A stretch of DNA of 54,216 bases, taken from the NCBI GenBank assembly GCA_030605345.1, contig JAUWIN010000004.1, positions 1 to 54,216 on the forward strand. Reading direction: 5' to 3'. The notes below the pieces were generated by a model. It was not told the DNA's origin. It did not search any database and was given only the letters and a program-made list of their open reading frames with translations. Shown one piece after another: positions 31,425 to 39,713 of the stretch. Positions within the stretch are counted from its first letter, which is position 1. The number at the start of each line of letters is the position of its first letter. Position numbers and translations under genes: made by a program. Source of the DNA: Candidatus Brocadiia bacterium (GTDB taxonomy: Bacteria > Planctomycetota > PUPC01).

Positions 31425-32171
31425 TCATGCGCGCTTCCTCCGGCGGGCCGCCAGGCCAACTGCACCGAGTGCCAACAGGCCAAGCGCCGTCGGCTCAGGA
31501 ATCGGCACATATTCGCCGCCACCGGCCTCGACTGGCGTGTCCACCTGGTCAGAGAAGCCGAACTCGTGCAACTCGATGGCGAAGTACGCGGTCATAGTGA
31601 CGTCGGCCCAACCATAGTGCCGACCGGCCTCATCATCGGCGTACAAGCCGACGTATCCGCTGCCGCCGAACGCCCACTCGCCAGCGAAGTAGAAGTTCCA
31701 GCCGCCCAGCCCGCCAGTGTCGGTGACTGCGCGGTCGGACCAAACGCGGCCATCTTCCAGCGCATCGCCGACGACGTAGCCCCCACCCAGTCTGCCTACG
31801 TTCCATACGTCGCCATAGCCGGCGACATAGCCGACGTTCTCACCGATGTTCAGGCACGTGGCGTCTTTCTGTTCAGTCCCCCACCAGTAGAAGTTGCGTT
31901 CCTGGAAGGTGAACGTGTCGGCATCCTTCGCCAGGCCGTCTGGCAGAGGACCAATGTCTGTGTCGTTCACGACGACTGTGCCGTCCATCTTGAACGAGAG
32001 GATGTCCTGCTCCCAGTCGGACGTCGCGTCGTACCAGCCAGCTCCGCCGTTATCGTAGGTGATGACGTCGGCGGCGGCAGGTACCGCTTGGCTGGCCAAC
32101 GCAACCGCACCGCCAGCGAGCGAATAGGCGGCCAGTTTGCGTGCCAGCGATTTCTTTGCCTTTTTACTCAT
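31425..32171 (-). CDS. PEP-CTERM protein
   Basis: Signal MSKKAKKSLARKLAAYSLAGG; GYVGL...HYGW motif; tail IPEPTALGLLALGAVGLAARRRKRA. Confidence 0.9.
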   Translation of the reverse strand: MSKKAKKSLARKLAAYSLAGGAVALASQAVPAAADVITYDNGGAGWYDATSDWEQDILSFKMDGTVVVNDTDIGPLPDGLAKDADTFTFQERNFYWWGTEQKDATCLNIGENVGYVAGYGDVWNVGRLGGGYVVGDALEDGRVWSDRAVTDTGGLGGWNFYFAGEWAFGGSGYVGLYADDEAGRHYGWADVTMTAYFAIELHEFGFSDQVDTPVEAGGGEYVPIPEPTALGLLALGAVGLAARRRKRA

Positions 32172-32317
32172 AACAATACTCCTTGTCCCCTCCCGTAGGA
32201 GACAACAAATGGCCTTGATTCGAATCGAGGGAGGCCAACCCTCCTGCTCCTTGCTCGCGGGGCAACGCACCCCGCGAGCGTGCTACTTCCCTCCCTGACA
32301 CGTCCCGCCCTTTTGGG

Positions 32318-32430
32318 TCGCCAAAGGCGGACCCGCCTTCGGCGGACTGCGTCAGTTCTGGTGGGTTCGCACCACCTCCTTTCATTCGTGGTTCTCCACG
32401 AGGTTTGATTGCAGTCCACACCACTGTGCG
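32318..32430 (-). repeat. Intergenic leader element, copy B
   Basis: Near-identical to 30150-30265 and also starts immediately after a PEP-CTERM stop codon. Confidence 0.85.
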
Positions 32431-33123
32431 TTACCTCCTCCTCCGGCGCAGCACAGCGCCGATACCGCCGAGTGCCAGCAGCGAGAGCGCGGCCGGCTCG
32501 GGGGTGACGGGCCCCACAACGGGACCGGTTACCGTTAGGCCGTCGATGATACTGCCCATAATCGTCCCAGGGGGCAGCCCACTCTCGACGTACAGGACCG
32601 AACTGCTACATCCCAAATCGATGACGCTTAAAGGGATGCCGTAGCCCGGGTTGGCGGTCGGGAAGTCGAATCCGATCGTCGGCCCGGAGACCAGGTCCAC
32701 ATCGGCAGAGAACGGCGTCTGATCACCGAGCGTAAAAGCCGTCGGGATATTCGCCGTCAGGTAGCCGAGCGGAACGGTTGTATCCGCATCCGGAAACGAC
32801 GTCGCCGTAAACCGCGTGATGACGCTGTTCCCGTTCGCAACTGTACCAGTGTTATTTATCTGGAACAGGTACAGGTAGTTCCCCAGGTCATCCGTGAAGG
32901 CCTGGGACACTACATTGGCGGACAGATTGCCCTCTGAAAAATCTGTCGTCATGGCCGAGTCCACAGCTGTCGGCGTAGCCTCCAACAGATCATTCAAATC
33001 GGCACCCGTTACATCCCGGTGCACCGGTGTGGCGTATGCGGCCGTCCAGGTCAGGACGATCACCGCGGCTGCGCAAAATGCAGCGGCGATGCGTCTGGTT
33101 CCAGAAACGTTCTTTGCAAACAT
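32431..33123 (-). CDS. PEP-CTERM protein
   Basis: Signal peptide (AYA), YLYLFQINN strand, tail VTPEPAALSLLALGGIGAVLRRRRR. Confidence 0.9.
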   Translation of the reverse strand: MFAKNVSGTRRIAAAFCAAAVIVLTWTAAYATPVHRDVTGADLNDLLEATPTAVDSAMTTDFSEGNLSANVVSQAFTDDLGNYLYLFQINNTGTVANGNSVITRFTATSFPDADTTVPLGYLTANIPTAFTLGDQTPFSADVDLVSGPTIGFDFPTANPGYGIPLSVIDLGCSSSVLYVESGLPPGTIMGSIIDGLTVTGPVVGPVTPEPAALSLLALGGIGAVLRRRRR

Positions 33124-33125
33124 TG

Positions 33126-33782
33126 TCACCTCCTCCCCCGGCGCAGCATCGCGCCGATCCCGCCAAGCACGAGCAGCGAAAGCGCCGCTGGCTCGGGGAT
33201 GACGACGCCGCAGACGTCAACGCTATCCGGCACGACCTCCGGGTCCTTGTGCACGTTGCCCGGGCCCGTCCAGTCGCTGTCGAGGACATTGAACTGCCCA
33301 TCTCCGACATCGACCGTCAGTTCGCCGGGTCCGGCACATTCGTAGGTCCCGCTGGCCAGAAGAACAGGCGCGTCCCAGGTGGTGCCGTAGTGGCTGCCGG
33401 CCGAAATGCCGACGTCCTTCAGCACCAGGGTGTCCAGCCCCTCGGGGTCCGGGAGCCCGCCGTACATGGTTGGCTGGCCGGCGTAGATACCGATGCCGAG
33501 GCTGCCGTCGTTACGGTTCTCGAAACCGAACAAGCCGAACTGGACGGTGTCGAACCCGAATGGTGCTTCCATCGTGGAACCCGTCACGCTAGCCCCGCCG
33601 GAGCCCACCACATCGATGATGAAGCTGGACAGGCCGTTGTTATCGCCAGAGACGTCGGCATAGACCTGCCAGGCACCTCCACCTGCCTCGATGTCGAGGG
33701 TGACGGTGTTCGCCTGCGCCACTACCGCCGCGCCGGCGATGAACAAAACTCCCAGCACTGTCAACAAAATTGCTTTCTTCAT
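33126..33782 (-). CDS. PEP-CTERM protein
   Basis: MKKAILLTVLG signal with ATG overlapping the upstream TGA; tail IPEPAALSLLVLGGIGAMLRRGRR. Confidence 0.9.
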   Translation of the reverse strand: MKKAILLTVLGVLFIAGAAVVAQANTVTLDIEAGGGAWQVYADVSGDNNGLSSFIIDVVGSGGASVTGSTMEAPFGFDTVQFGLFGFENRNDGSLGIGIYAGQPTMYGGLPDPEGLDTLVLKDVGISAGSHYGTTWDAPVLLASGTYECAGPGELTVDVGDGQFNVLDSDWTGPGNVHKDPEVVPDSVDVCGVVIPEPAALSLLVLGGIGAMLRRGRR

Positions 33783-34723
33783 TTCCTTCTCCTTCTCACA
33801 AGAATTTGAGTTAGTCCAACGCCAAACAGAAGAGCGGCTGCGGGTTCGGCTACTGGGTTGCCGCCGAGGGCGCCGACGCCACTCGTGCCCTTTCCGAAGC
33901 TGGCCTCGAGTGCCTGGTAGTCGGCCCAATCAACGTCGCCATCTCCGTCGAAGTCACCATCGCCCCAGGTTGCTCCGGTTGTCATTCCGAAGCCTACCTC
34001 CAGGGCCTGGTAATCTAACCAGTCCACGTCGGAGTCCAGATCACAGTCACCCGCCGTGGCGGGGCCAGTAACGGTGCCACTCCCAACATCCGACCCGTAG
34101 AAGCTGTGGTTCGACCAGTTGATGGTGGCAGCTGGGTTGGGGTGCACAATCCGGAATGTCAGGATTAGGCCCGCTGGACCTCTGTTCTGATTCTTGGCTG
34201 TGAATAGCAGGCTCTGACCATCTCCGGCGACCACTCCGCCGTAGATAAACCACGGGAAGGAGTAACTGGACTTCTTGCTCCCGTAGGGGAAAACCGCATT
34301 GTAGTCACCCGGGTCATGCCACGGGTTGTCGATAGCCCAAGACTGACCGTGCAATATCCAGGGGTCAGTACAACCAGAGCCATAGGGGTTGCAATTGGCG
34401 TAGGAACCGTAACAGTCCCTCTCCCAAGAAGCGGGGCTATGTCCCGCAGCCCAGTCCCACTTCTGGTGGAGTGTTCCGCTCCATCCGCCCGGGCATTGGT
34501 TGACGATTTGGCTGGCATTAAACCCGCTCAGACCAAAATTAACGATGTGGGTCCCGCCGCTGGGGTTGCCCAGCACGTCGTAGACGTATTCCCAGTTACC
34601 GTCGCCCAAGTCCGTTGGGGCTTCGGCCAATACAACGTCCGGGGGACCACTGGCCAGGGCGGTGCTGCTGAACGCCAGCAGCAGGCCAACCACTAACACC
34701 GCCGTTAGCTTCCTTCCAATCAT
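33779..34723 (-). CDS. PEP-CTERM protein with dockerin/EF-hand-like domain
   Basis: Signal peptide (ALA); the C-terminal GDCDLDSDVD...GDFDGDGDVD module is nearly identical to that of 28519..30072; tail VAEPAAALLFGVGLTQILVRRRRK. Confidence 0.88.
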   Translation of the reverse strand: MIGRKLTAVLVVGLLLAFSSTALASGPPDVVLAEAPTDLGDGNWEYVYDVLGNPSGGTHIVNFGLSGFNASQIVNQCPGGWSGTLHQKWDWAAGHSPASWERDCYGSYANCNPYGSGCTDPWILHGQSWAIDNPWHDPGDYNAVFPYGSKKSSYSFPWFIYGGVVAGDGQSLLFTAKNQNRGPAGLILTFRIVHPNPAATINWSNHSFYGSDVGSGTVTGPATAGDCDLDSDVDWLDYQALEVGFGMTTGATWGDGDFDGDGDVDWADYQALEASFGKGTSGVGALGGNPVAEPAAALLFGVGLTQILVRRRRK

Positions 34724-34752
34724 CATTCTCTCCTCCACTATCACTCTCTGGC

Positions 34753-34862
34753 CCGGCGGCTGCTTACATCACAGCCGCCACTATCCCTCCGCCGACGCCG
34801 GACCGTCCGGCGCCGCTGCGTAGGTTCTGCTCGGTTGGCATCACCTCCTTTCGGCCTCGTGC
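34753..34862 (-). repeat. Intergenic leader element, copy C
   Basis: GAAAGGAGGTGATGCCAACCGAGCAGAACCTACGCAG core, plus TGTGATGT(G)AAGCAGCCGCC shared with the 3' flank of copy A. Confidence 0.75.
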
Positions 34863-34901
34863 TACGTAGCCACTCCGCAGAGCAGCAACGCGAGTTACCG
34901 G

Positions 34902-35090
34902 TTATACTGCGACTGCCCTGCTCCGCGTCCTTGGTCTGAAACCTCGGGCTGACGCCCTCCGCACCGTTTCGACTGCGATGGTGCTGTTGCAGCTTGGACA
35001 GTGCCACAGTTCAACCGGCGGCTGATTTCCGAGCCGCTGGATCGAGTGGAACCGGGCTCGTTCGTGTTTGCAAATCCGTCTTGGTGCCAT
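34902..35090 (-). CDS. Small putative zinc-ribbon protein (CxH...CPSC)
   Basis: GAGGAG RBS; MAPRRICKHERARFHSIQRLGNQPPVELWHCPSCNSTIAV; paralogous N-terminus at 48787. Confidence 0.65.
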   Translation of the reverse strand: MAPRRICKHERARFHSIQRLGNQPPVELWHCPSCNSTIAVETVRRASARGFRPRTRSRAVAV

Positions 35091-35167
35091 TGTGTCTCCT
35101 CGTCAGTTCAATCCACGCTTCCTTCTCGCCACAGACCGATATAAGCATCGGCCTCCACCCATATACG

Positions 35168-35206
35168 TGCTACAAACGCTGTAGCATTGCTACACGCGGT
35201 GTAGCA
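35168..35206. promoter_or_regulatory. Tandem palindromic operators TGCTACA-N5-TGTAGCA (x2)
   Basis: Perfect sites at 35168-35186 and 35188-35206; a degenerate third copy lies near 35380-35398. Confidence 0.7.
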
Positions 35207-35424
35207 TTTTGCAAATGTTCCAAAATAATACGTTTTTCGATTGCCAGTTGGCTTTGGCGGCCGTGCGATAACCCCGCATACAGCCAGCGCTTATGTTGTT
35301 GCGTAGGCGTGAGAGCCGGCGCTGCGGGGCGCTCAAAAATTTTCGATTTTTTTCTCAAGGTTGCCTCCGACACGCAAAATCCCACAGACGCTGTAGCATC
35401 TTGCCGTTTTCCCAAAAATTACAT

Positions 35425-36132
35425 TTAGAGCTGCCATTGCGTTTCTTCATCCGGGTCATAAGCCGCTGCGTAGCCGGTGCTTACGCTGTTCCGGAGGTGT
35501 TGGCCAAGTGCTATGTGCTTTTCAGAAATTTTTGAAATCGCCCGAGAAATCGCGTTGGAGACGCACTTGCGGGCCTTCTCTCGGGCGCCGTCGAACCTTT
35601 TGAGGCTGCCTTTGTGGTTGGTGGACGCGTGCAGGAAGCGCAGGATCTTCTCGCGTTCACGCTCCAGGCTGAGCACCCGTGCTTCGTCGTTCTGGTCCTG
35701 GGCACGCTGGATTTCGTCCTTCATCTCGTCCAGCCTCCGGTGGTATTCGCGGAGCGCGGGGCTGTCGGCAAGGACGCCCGTAGTGCGAGAACCGCCCGCC
35801 CCGAGGCGGACAGCGGCCCAGGCGGCCGGCGGACGAGCTTGTCCGGCGGTGGAGGAGCCGCCATTGACGCCGAAGTACAGCGCCATCACAGGGATCCTCT
35901 GTGAGGGATTTGCGAGGAGATGTGCGATGTAGTTGAGTCCTACCCTGGGCTTGACGTTGACCGAGTGGCCGACGAAGCTGAGGGTCCAGGAATCCCCTTC
36001 CTCGCGGAAGACGTTGTGGTTATTCGGATGAGCGACCAGTTCGCCGCCGTTCTGCCTTACGGCGAGTTCGATGAGTTCGCCGATGGTGGTGTTTTCCAGC
36101 AACGCGTTGACTTCTTGAATTGGGACAGCCAT
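35425..36132 (-). CDS. Putative transcriptional regulator (stand-alone domain resembling the C-terminus of ATPase-type regulators)
   Basis: NVFREEGDSWTLSF..GLNYIAHLLANP..EKARKCVSNAISRAI..LGQHLRNSVSTG..YDP pattern; AGGAGAG RBS. Confidence 0.65.
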   Translation of the reverse strand: MAVPIQEVNALLENTTIGELIELAVRQNGGELVAHPNNHNVFREEGDSWTLSFVGHSVNVKPRVGLNYIAHLLANPSQRIPVMALYFGVNGGSSTAGQARPPAAWAAVRLGAGGSRTTGVLADSPALREYHRRLDEMKDEIQRAQDQNDEARVLSLEREREKILRFLHASTNHKGSLKRFDGAREKARKCVSNAISRAISKISEKHIALGQHLRNSVSTGYAAAYDPDEETQWQL

Positions 36133-36945
36133 AGACTCTCTCCTTTCTGTTGCAAATCTACGGCCGGTGGAAATCAGCGGCTTCCACCGGGCCTGCGGGC
36201 CCTCGAGCTGAAGTCCTGGGGCTGAAGGCGCGCAATCTGGGCGCCCGTCCGTGGACTACAAAACCCGCTCACTACACCGCGAGCGGCCAGGGTGGACTCT
36301 GCGGGGAGTTTGCCCCCTGCTGGGTCATTCGATAGGCATCAGCTCCTTTGTTTTGACTGCGCTCCGTGGGGTTCGCGGGCGGAGGTGCGGTGCTGAGCGC
36401 AGTGGGATTGCCAGATTTTTCAGCATGGGACTTTGCGCCGAGGATAGTGGCGCTGATTGCGGGCAGGATCGCGCAGCGCAGGAAGTGCTATGTGGCCGGT
36501 CCGCGCTGCTGTTCGTTAGGTCCTCGGAACTGACCTTCCGGGTCAGTTCGTCGGAGGTGAGAAATGGTCCACGGTGTCCCGTCCGGGGCGGGGGCTAGGT
36601 TTAGAGCCAGTCGAACGTGCGTTCCCCCGGTTGCCGGTCACGACCGCCAAACCGTGACCAGGCTCCCCGTTTTTAGTGGGCCTTCTCGGCGCCCTGCCGC
36701 TACGCCATCCTCTGGCTCCTTTCTGCTGCTGCGGTGTCGTGCCGATCCGTGACGGAGAACGTCCGCTCCGCCAGTCCGCCACTACACCTCGAAATTCTCC
36801 TATCTGCGCCAAGCGCCGCTGCTCACTACGCCGTGAACAGCTCCTCCCGATAGGAGCCCATTTGTCTACCGGTGCTTTGATATTTTTCCGCCGCGACCTG
36901 CCACAAGCAGGAAGCTGCGAAGCAGTCTATTCACAGATGTTATCT

Positions 36946-37174
36946 GCAAATTCCATGCCAACGCTGGGCAAATATGCAGAAAAAACCTTAACACCCTGCA
37001 AAATAGGAGCTTACAGAAAGAGCAACCAGCCGACGCAAACGCGGCCATGTTGCGTAAAATAGACATGAAAAAGCCGCAATTCGGGCGAAAACAGCGTAGG
37101 TGTCTGTGCCAGTGTGACTTAGGCCCATGTTGCCGAAAAGCAACGTGCGGGCAAAGTGTTGCGTTTGGGCAACG
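36946..37174 (-). promoter_or_regulatory. Sigma54 promoter module 1 (-24/-12, enhancer palindromes, IHF-like sites)
   Basis: TGGCATGGAATTTGC at 36946-36960; TGTTGC-N6-GCAACR-like sites at 37048, 37128 and 37157; TAAC-N17-CTTA at 36989. Confidence 0.8.
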
Positions 37175-37238
37175 CGCCTGGCGGGCGGAAACAGAGCGAT
37201 CAGGAACCGTTACAACCTAGGGGCTTCTCCCCGGATCG

Positions 37239-38435
37239 TCAAGTATTCGCGGTCTTCTCGGCTGAGGCTAGGTCGATCTCCAAGTAGTCTGCAAGGTCGT
37301 GCATCGTTTTCATCCGCTCAAGGAACGCGGGTAGAACGTCGGCGCCCATCAGCTCGCGGAGGAACGGCAGTTGCGACTGAAGCCCGGCGAGGTCCTGCCT
37401 GGTCGCTTTGGGGTGACCTGCTACGAAAAAGAGCGCCGACTTGTATTCTTCAAGCGCCTTGAGGTGCTCATCCCGGTCGAGCACACGCTCGCCGGATGCC
37501 AGGTACTGATCGACGTAGGTAGGAAGGTTCCGCCGCAAGGCCTGCGAAACCGGTCGCACGTAGGGATGACAATTATAACGCTTGAAACTGACGTAGGCCA
37601 ACAGGTGGAGCAGGTCGCAATTCGTCTCTATCGACCGGGCGGTATCCTGTGTCAGGATGCCTCGGTCCTCCATTTCCCGCATGCTTTTTCCACGGTCGTA
37701 ATGGACGAACGTCAGTGGCGATATCCTGGCGGGGAATGGCGCCTTGGCGAATTGGTCGAAACGGGGGTCGTAAATGGTGCCCCGATATTCATCCCCCAGC
37801 GCATCGCGCATGAACCGCTGTTTTGGAGACGCCTGCTCGGAGAGATGGGCGGCCTTGACCTTCTGTCCGGGTACAAGCATGGGATAAGGAAGGAGCGAGC
37901 GGTCGTGACCGTTGACAACACAAGGTGTTCGCATGTGAATCGCGATTTTCAACGCGACATTCCCATACAAGGACGAGCAAATCCCGCAGCCGAACATCTC
38001 CCGCAGCCCGTACCGCTCACCGTTGAGGAAGCCGTAGCGTATCGCCCTTTTCCAGACATTGTCATCGACCCGGAACTTCATGAGGTCCACGCCGAGCTTT
38101 CGGGTGACATGCTCCGCGTTCCGAATCGAGAGATCGTTCACGAACGGATGCACCACGAGGCACGCCAGCGGCCTCAGGCGGTATTTCTCTTTCAGGAGAT
38201 ACAGAACATACGAACTGTCCTTTCCGCCACTGACCATCACGAGGGCGTGATACAGGTGGTTATGGCCTCGCATCTGCTCAAAGCCCTGCTCCATGGCTTT
38301 GACGAACGGCGCGGGCGCTGGATCGACCAGAGTATCCTGAGCGCAATCCGAGCAGATTCCATCGTTCCCGATGGAGAGGCCGGGCATCGCCGACGTGCAG
38401 ATACATTGTTCGCACACTTTTGTCTCTGATGTCAT
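37239..38435 (-). CDS. PP-loop ATPase, N-acetyl-sugar amidotransferase (WbuX)-like
   Basis: N-terminal CxxC...CxxC, VMVSGGKDSSY PP-loop, CGIC and ETNC motifs. Confidence 0.75.
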   Translation of the reverse strand: MTSETKVCEQCICTSAMPGLSIGNDGICSDCAQDTLVDPAPAPFVKAMEQGFEQMRGHNHLYHALVMVSGGKDSSYVLYLLKEKYRLRPLACLVVHPFVNDLSIRNAEHVTRKLGVDLMKFRVDDNVWKRAIRYGFLNGERYGLREMFGCGICSSLYGNVALKIAIHMRTPCVVNGHDRSLLPYPMLVPGQKVKAAHLSEQASPKQRFMRDALGDEYRGTIYDPRFDQFAKAPFPARISPLTFVHYDRGKSMREMEDRGILTQDTARSIETNCDLLHLLAYVSFKRYNCHPYVRPVSQALRRNLPTYVDQYLASGERVLDRDEHLKALEEYKSALFFVAGHPKATRQDLAGLQSQLPFLRELMGADVLPAFLERMKTMHDLADYLEIDLASAEKTANT

Positions 38436-38465
38436 GGTGCTCCCTTCCGAAGGACCAGCCGGCGT

Positions 38466-39551
38466 TCATCCGCCTGTCATCGGGGCTGAGGGGCGCGGCA
38501 CCTCGTTCCAAGGCACAACCAGGTCCAGGCCCATGGTGCGCAGGGTTCCCGTCGGCTTGGCATCCAGGTCACGGTCAGCGATTTCCACGAAGTTTGGGTA
38601 ACGGCTTTCGTCGATATAGAAAACGAGGCCGGTAATGCCAGCCTCGTGGCACGCCTTGGCCCCATCGCCGATAATCAATGGGATAGCCCAGCCGCCGCGA
38701 AACTCTTCAATGGCGGCGAATCGGGGGACCTCGAGTATGTCTCGTTTGACCACGCCTACGTAACTGGCAATAATCTCATCGCCCCTGAACACCACCCGCG
38801 AATGAGGCTGTGAAAGTTCATGCGGGTCGGGGCCGATCCCATCGGCAAAAAACATTCGGAAAAACTCGTCAACCTTCCGCAGGCCCACCCGGTCTAACCG
38901 GACCACACGGATATCCTCGGGGATAGCCCCTCGCCGACGATAGCCTTCTACCACGCGCATACAAACATCCCGCAGACGCTTCGTGCCAAGGCTGTAGCTC
39001 GTCTCCGTCAGTTTCACCTTGAAATGGAGTCCCTGAAGGCATTGTTCCAGGAGCAAGCCCACCTCGCTGGAAAAGGTGCACTTGAGACATTTCGCACCGC
39101 CGGCTGCTGCGCGCGCGATGCCGGCTCGCAAAAGCGGGTGCAGCACCGAGTCCGAGTCTTGATCCGCCCGGGGTGGCTCGGAGGCTGGGCGCACACCCGC
39201 CGCGAGGCTGACGGCGAGCGTTTGCATGTGGGACAGCCGTAACGCGATAGCGCCGAGGATTTCGTCCTTCCCCGCGCGGTGAATGACGAGGATTTCGTGT
39301 GCGTCCGGGTCGCGAAACGCCTTGTCAAACATCCCACATAGGACAGGTTCGTCGGCGGGCAAGGCCGGACGGATGACCCAGTCGGACCTGTCCAGCGCCC
39401 TTCGAGTCTCATGGGCAGCCTTCCCCGCATCAGGTGGGATGTCGTCGGGGGTTTTGTTTTCGCCAGCCAGGGCGTTTTGACTGAGGTAGCTATCGAGGCG
39501 TCGATCGGCCTGGGCGAGGTCTTCGTCGAACCGGCTGGCCCATGCCTCCAC
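38466..39551 (-). CDS. C-terminal tandem GNAT-like part of AlkP-TPR-GNAT protein B
   Basis: VIRPALPAD and PRFAAIEEFRGGWA GNAT motifs. It is in frame with 39714..41573 across a single TAG (54 open codons in between) and paralogous to 41739..43025. Confidence 0.7.
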   Translation of the reverse strand: MEAWASRFDEDLAQADRRLDSYLSQNALAGENKTPDDIPPDAGKAAHETRRALDRSDWVIRPALPADEPVLCGMFDKAFRDPDAHEILVIHRAGKDEILGAIALRLSHMQTLAVSLAAGVRPASEPPRADQDSDSVLHPLLRAGIARAAAGGAKCLKCTFSSEVGLLLEQCLQGLHFKVKLTETSYSLGTKRLRDVCMRVVEGYRRRGAIPEDIRVVRLDRVGLRKVDEFFRMFFADGIGPDPHELSQPHSRVVFRGDEIIASYVGVVKRDILEVPRFAAIEEFRGGWAIPLIIGDGAKACHEAGITGLVFYIDESRYPNFVEIADRDLDAKPTGTLRTMGLDLVVPWNEVPRPSAPMTGG

Positions 39552-39713
39552 CTCTCGCCTAACCTGTTCTACCGCAGCGCGATACTCCGGCGTTTTGTCG
39601 CTGGCTGAGTCGTCGAGGCGCTCTTCCGGCTGGCTGACGTCAGGCTCGAATCGGCCGTCCAGGGGAATTCCGTCAGCTTGAGCTTCACGAATCTCGCTCA
39701 GGTACTCCTGGGC

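Noticed and set aside
30119-32385. MKG(G/D)GAN..ELTQ short ORFs in the repeated element as RiPP precursor peptides for the enzyme cassette
   Set aside because: They lack their own RBS, copy C has no ATG, and lengths and C-termini are unrelated. The similarity is explained by nucleotide conservation.
34860-34990. c-di-GMP riboswitch ahead of the PEP-CTERM operon
   Set aside because: The GEMM core pattern is not recognisable, and the region is largely covered by the small ORF.
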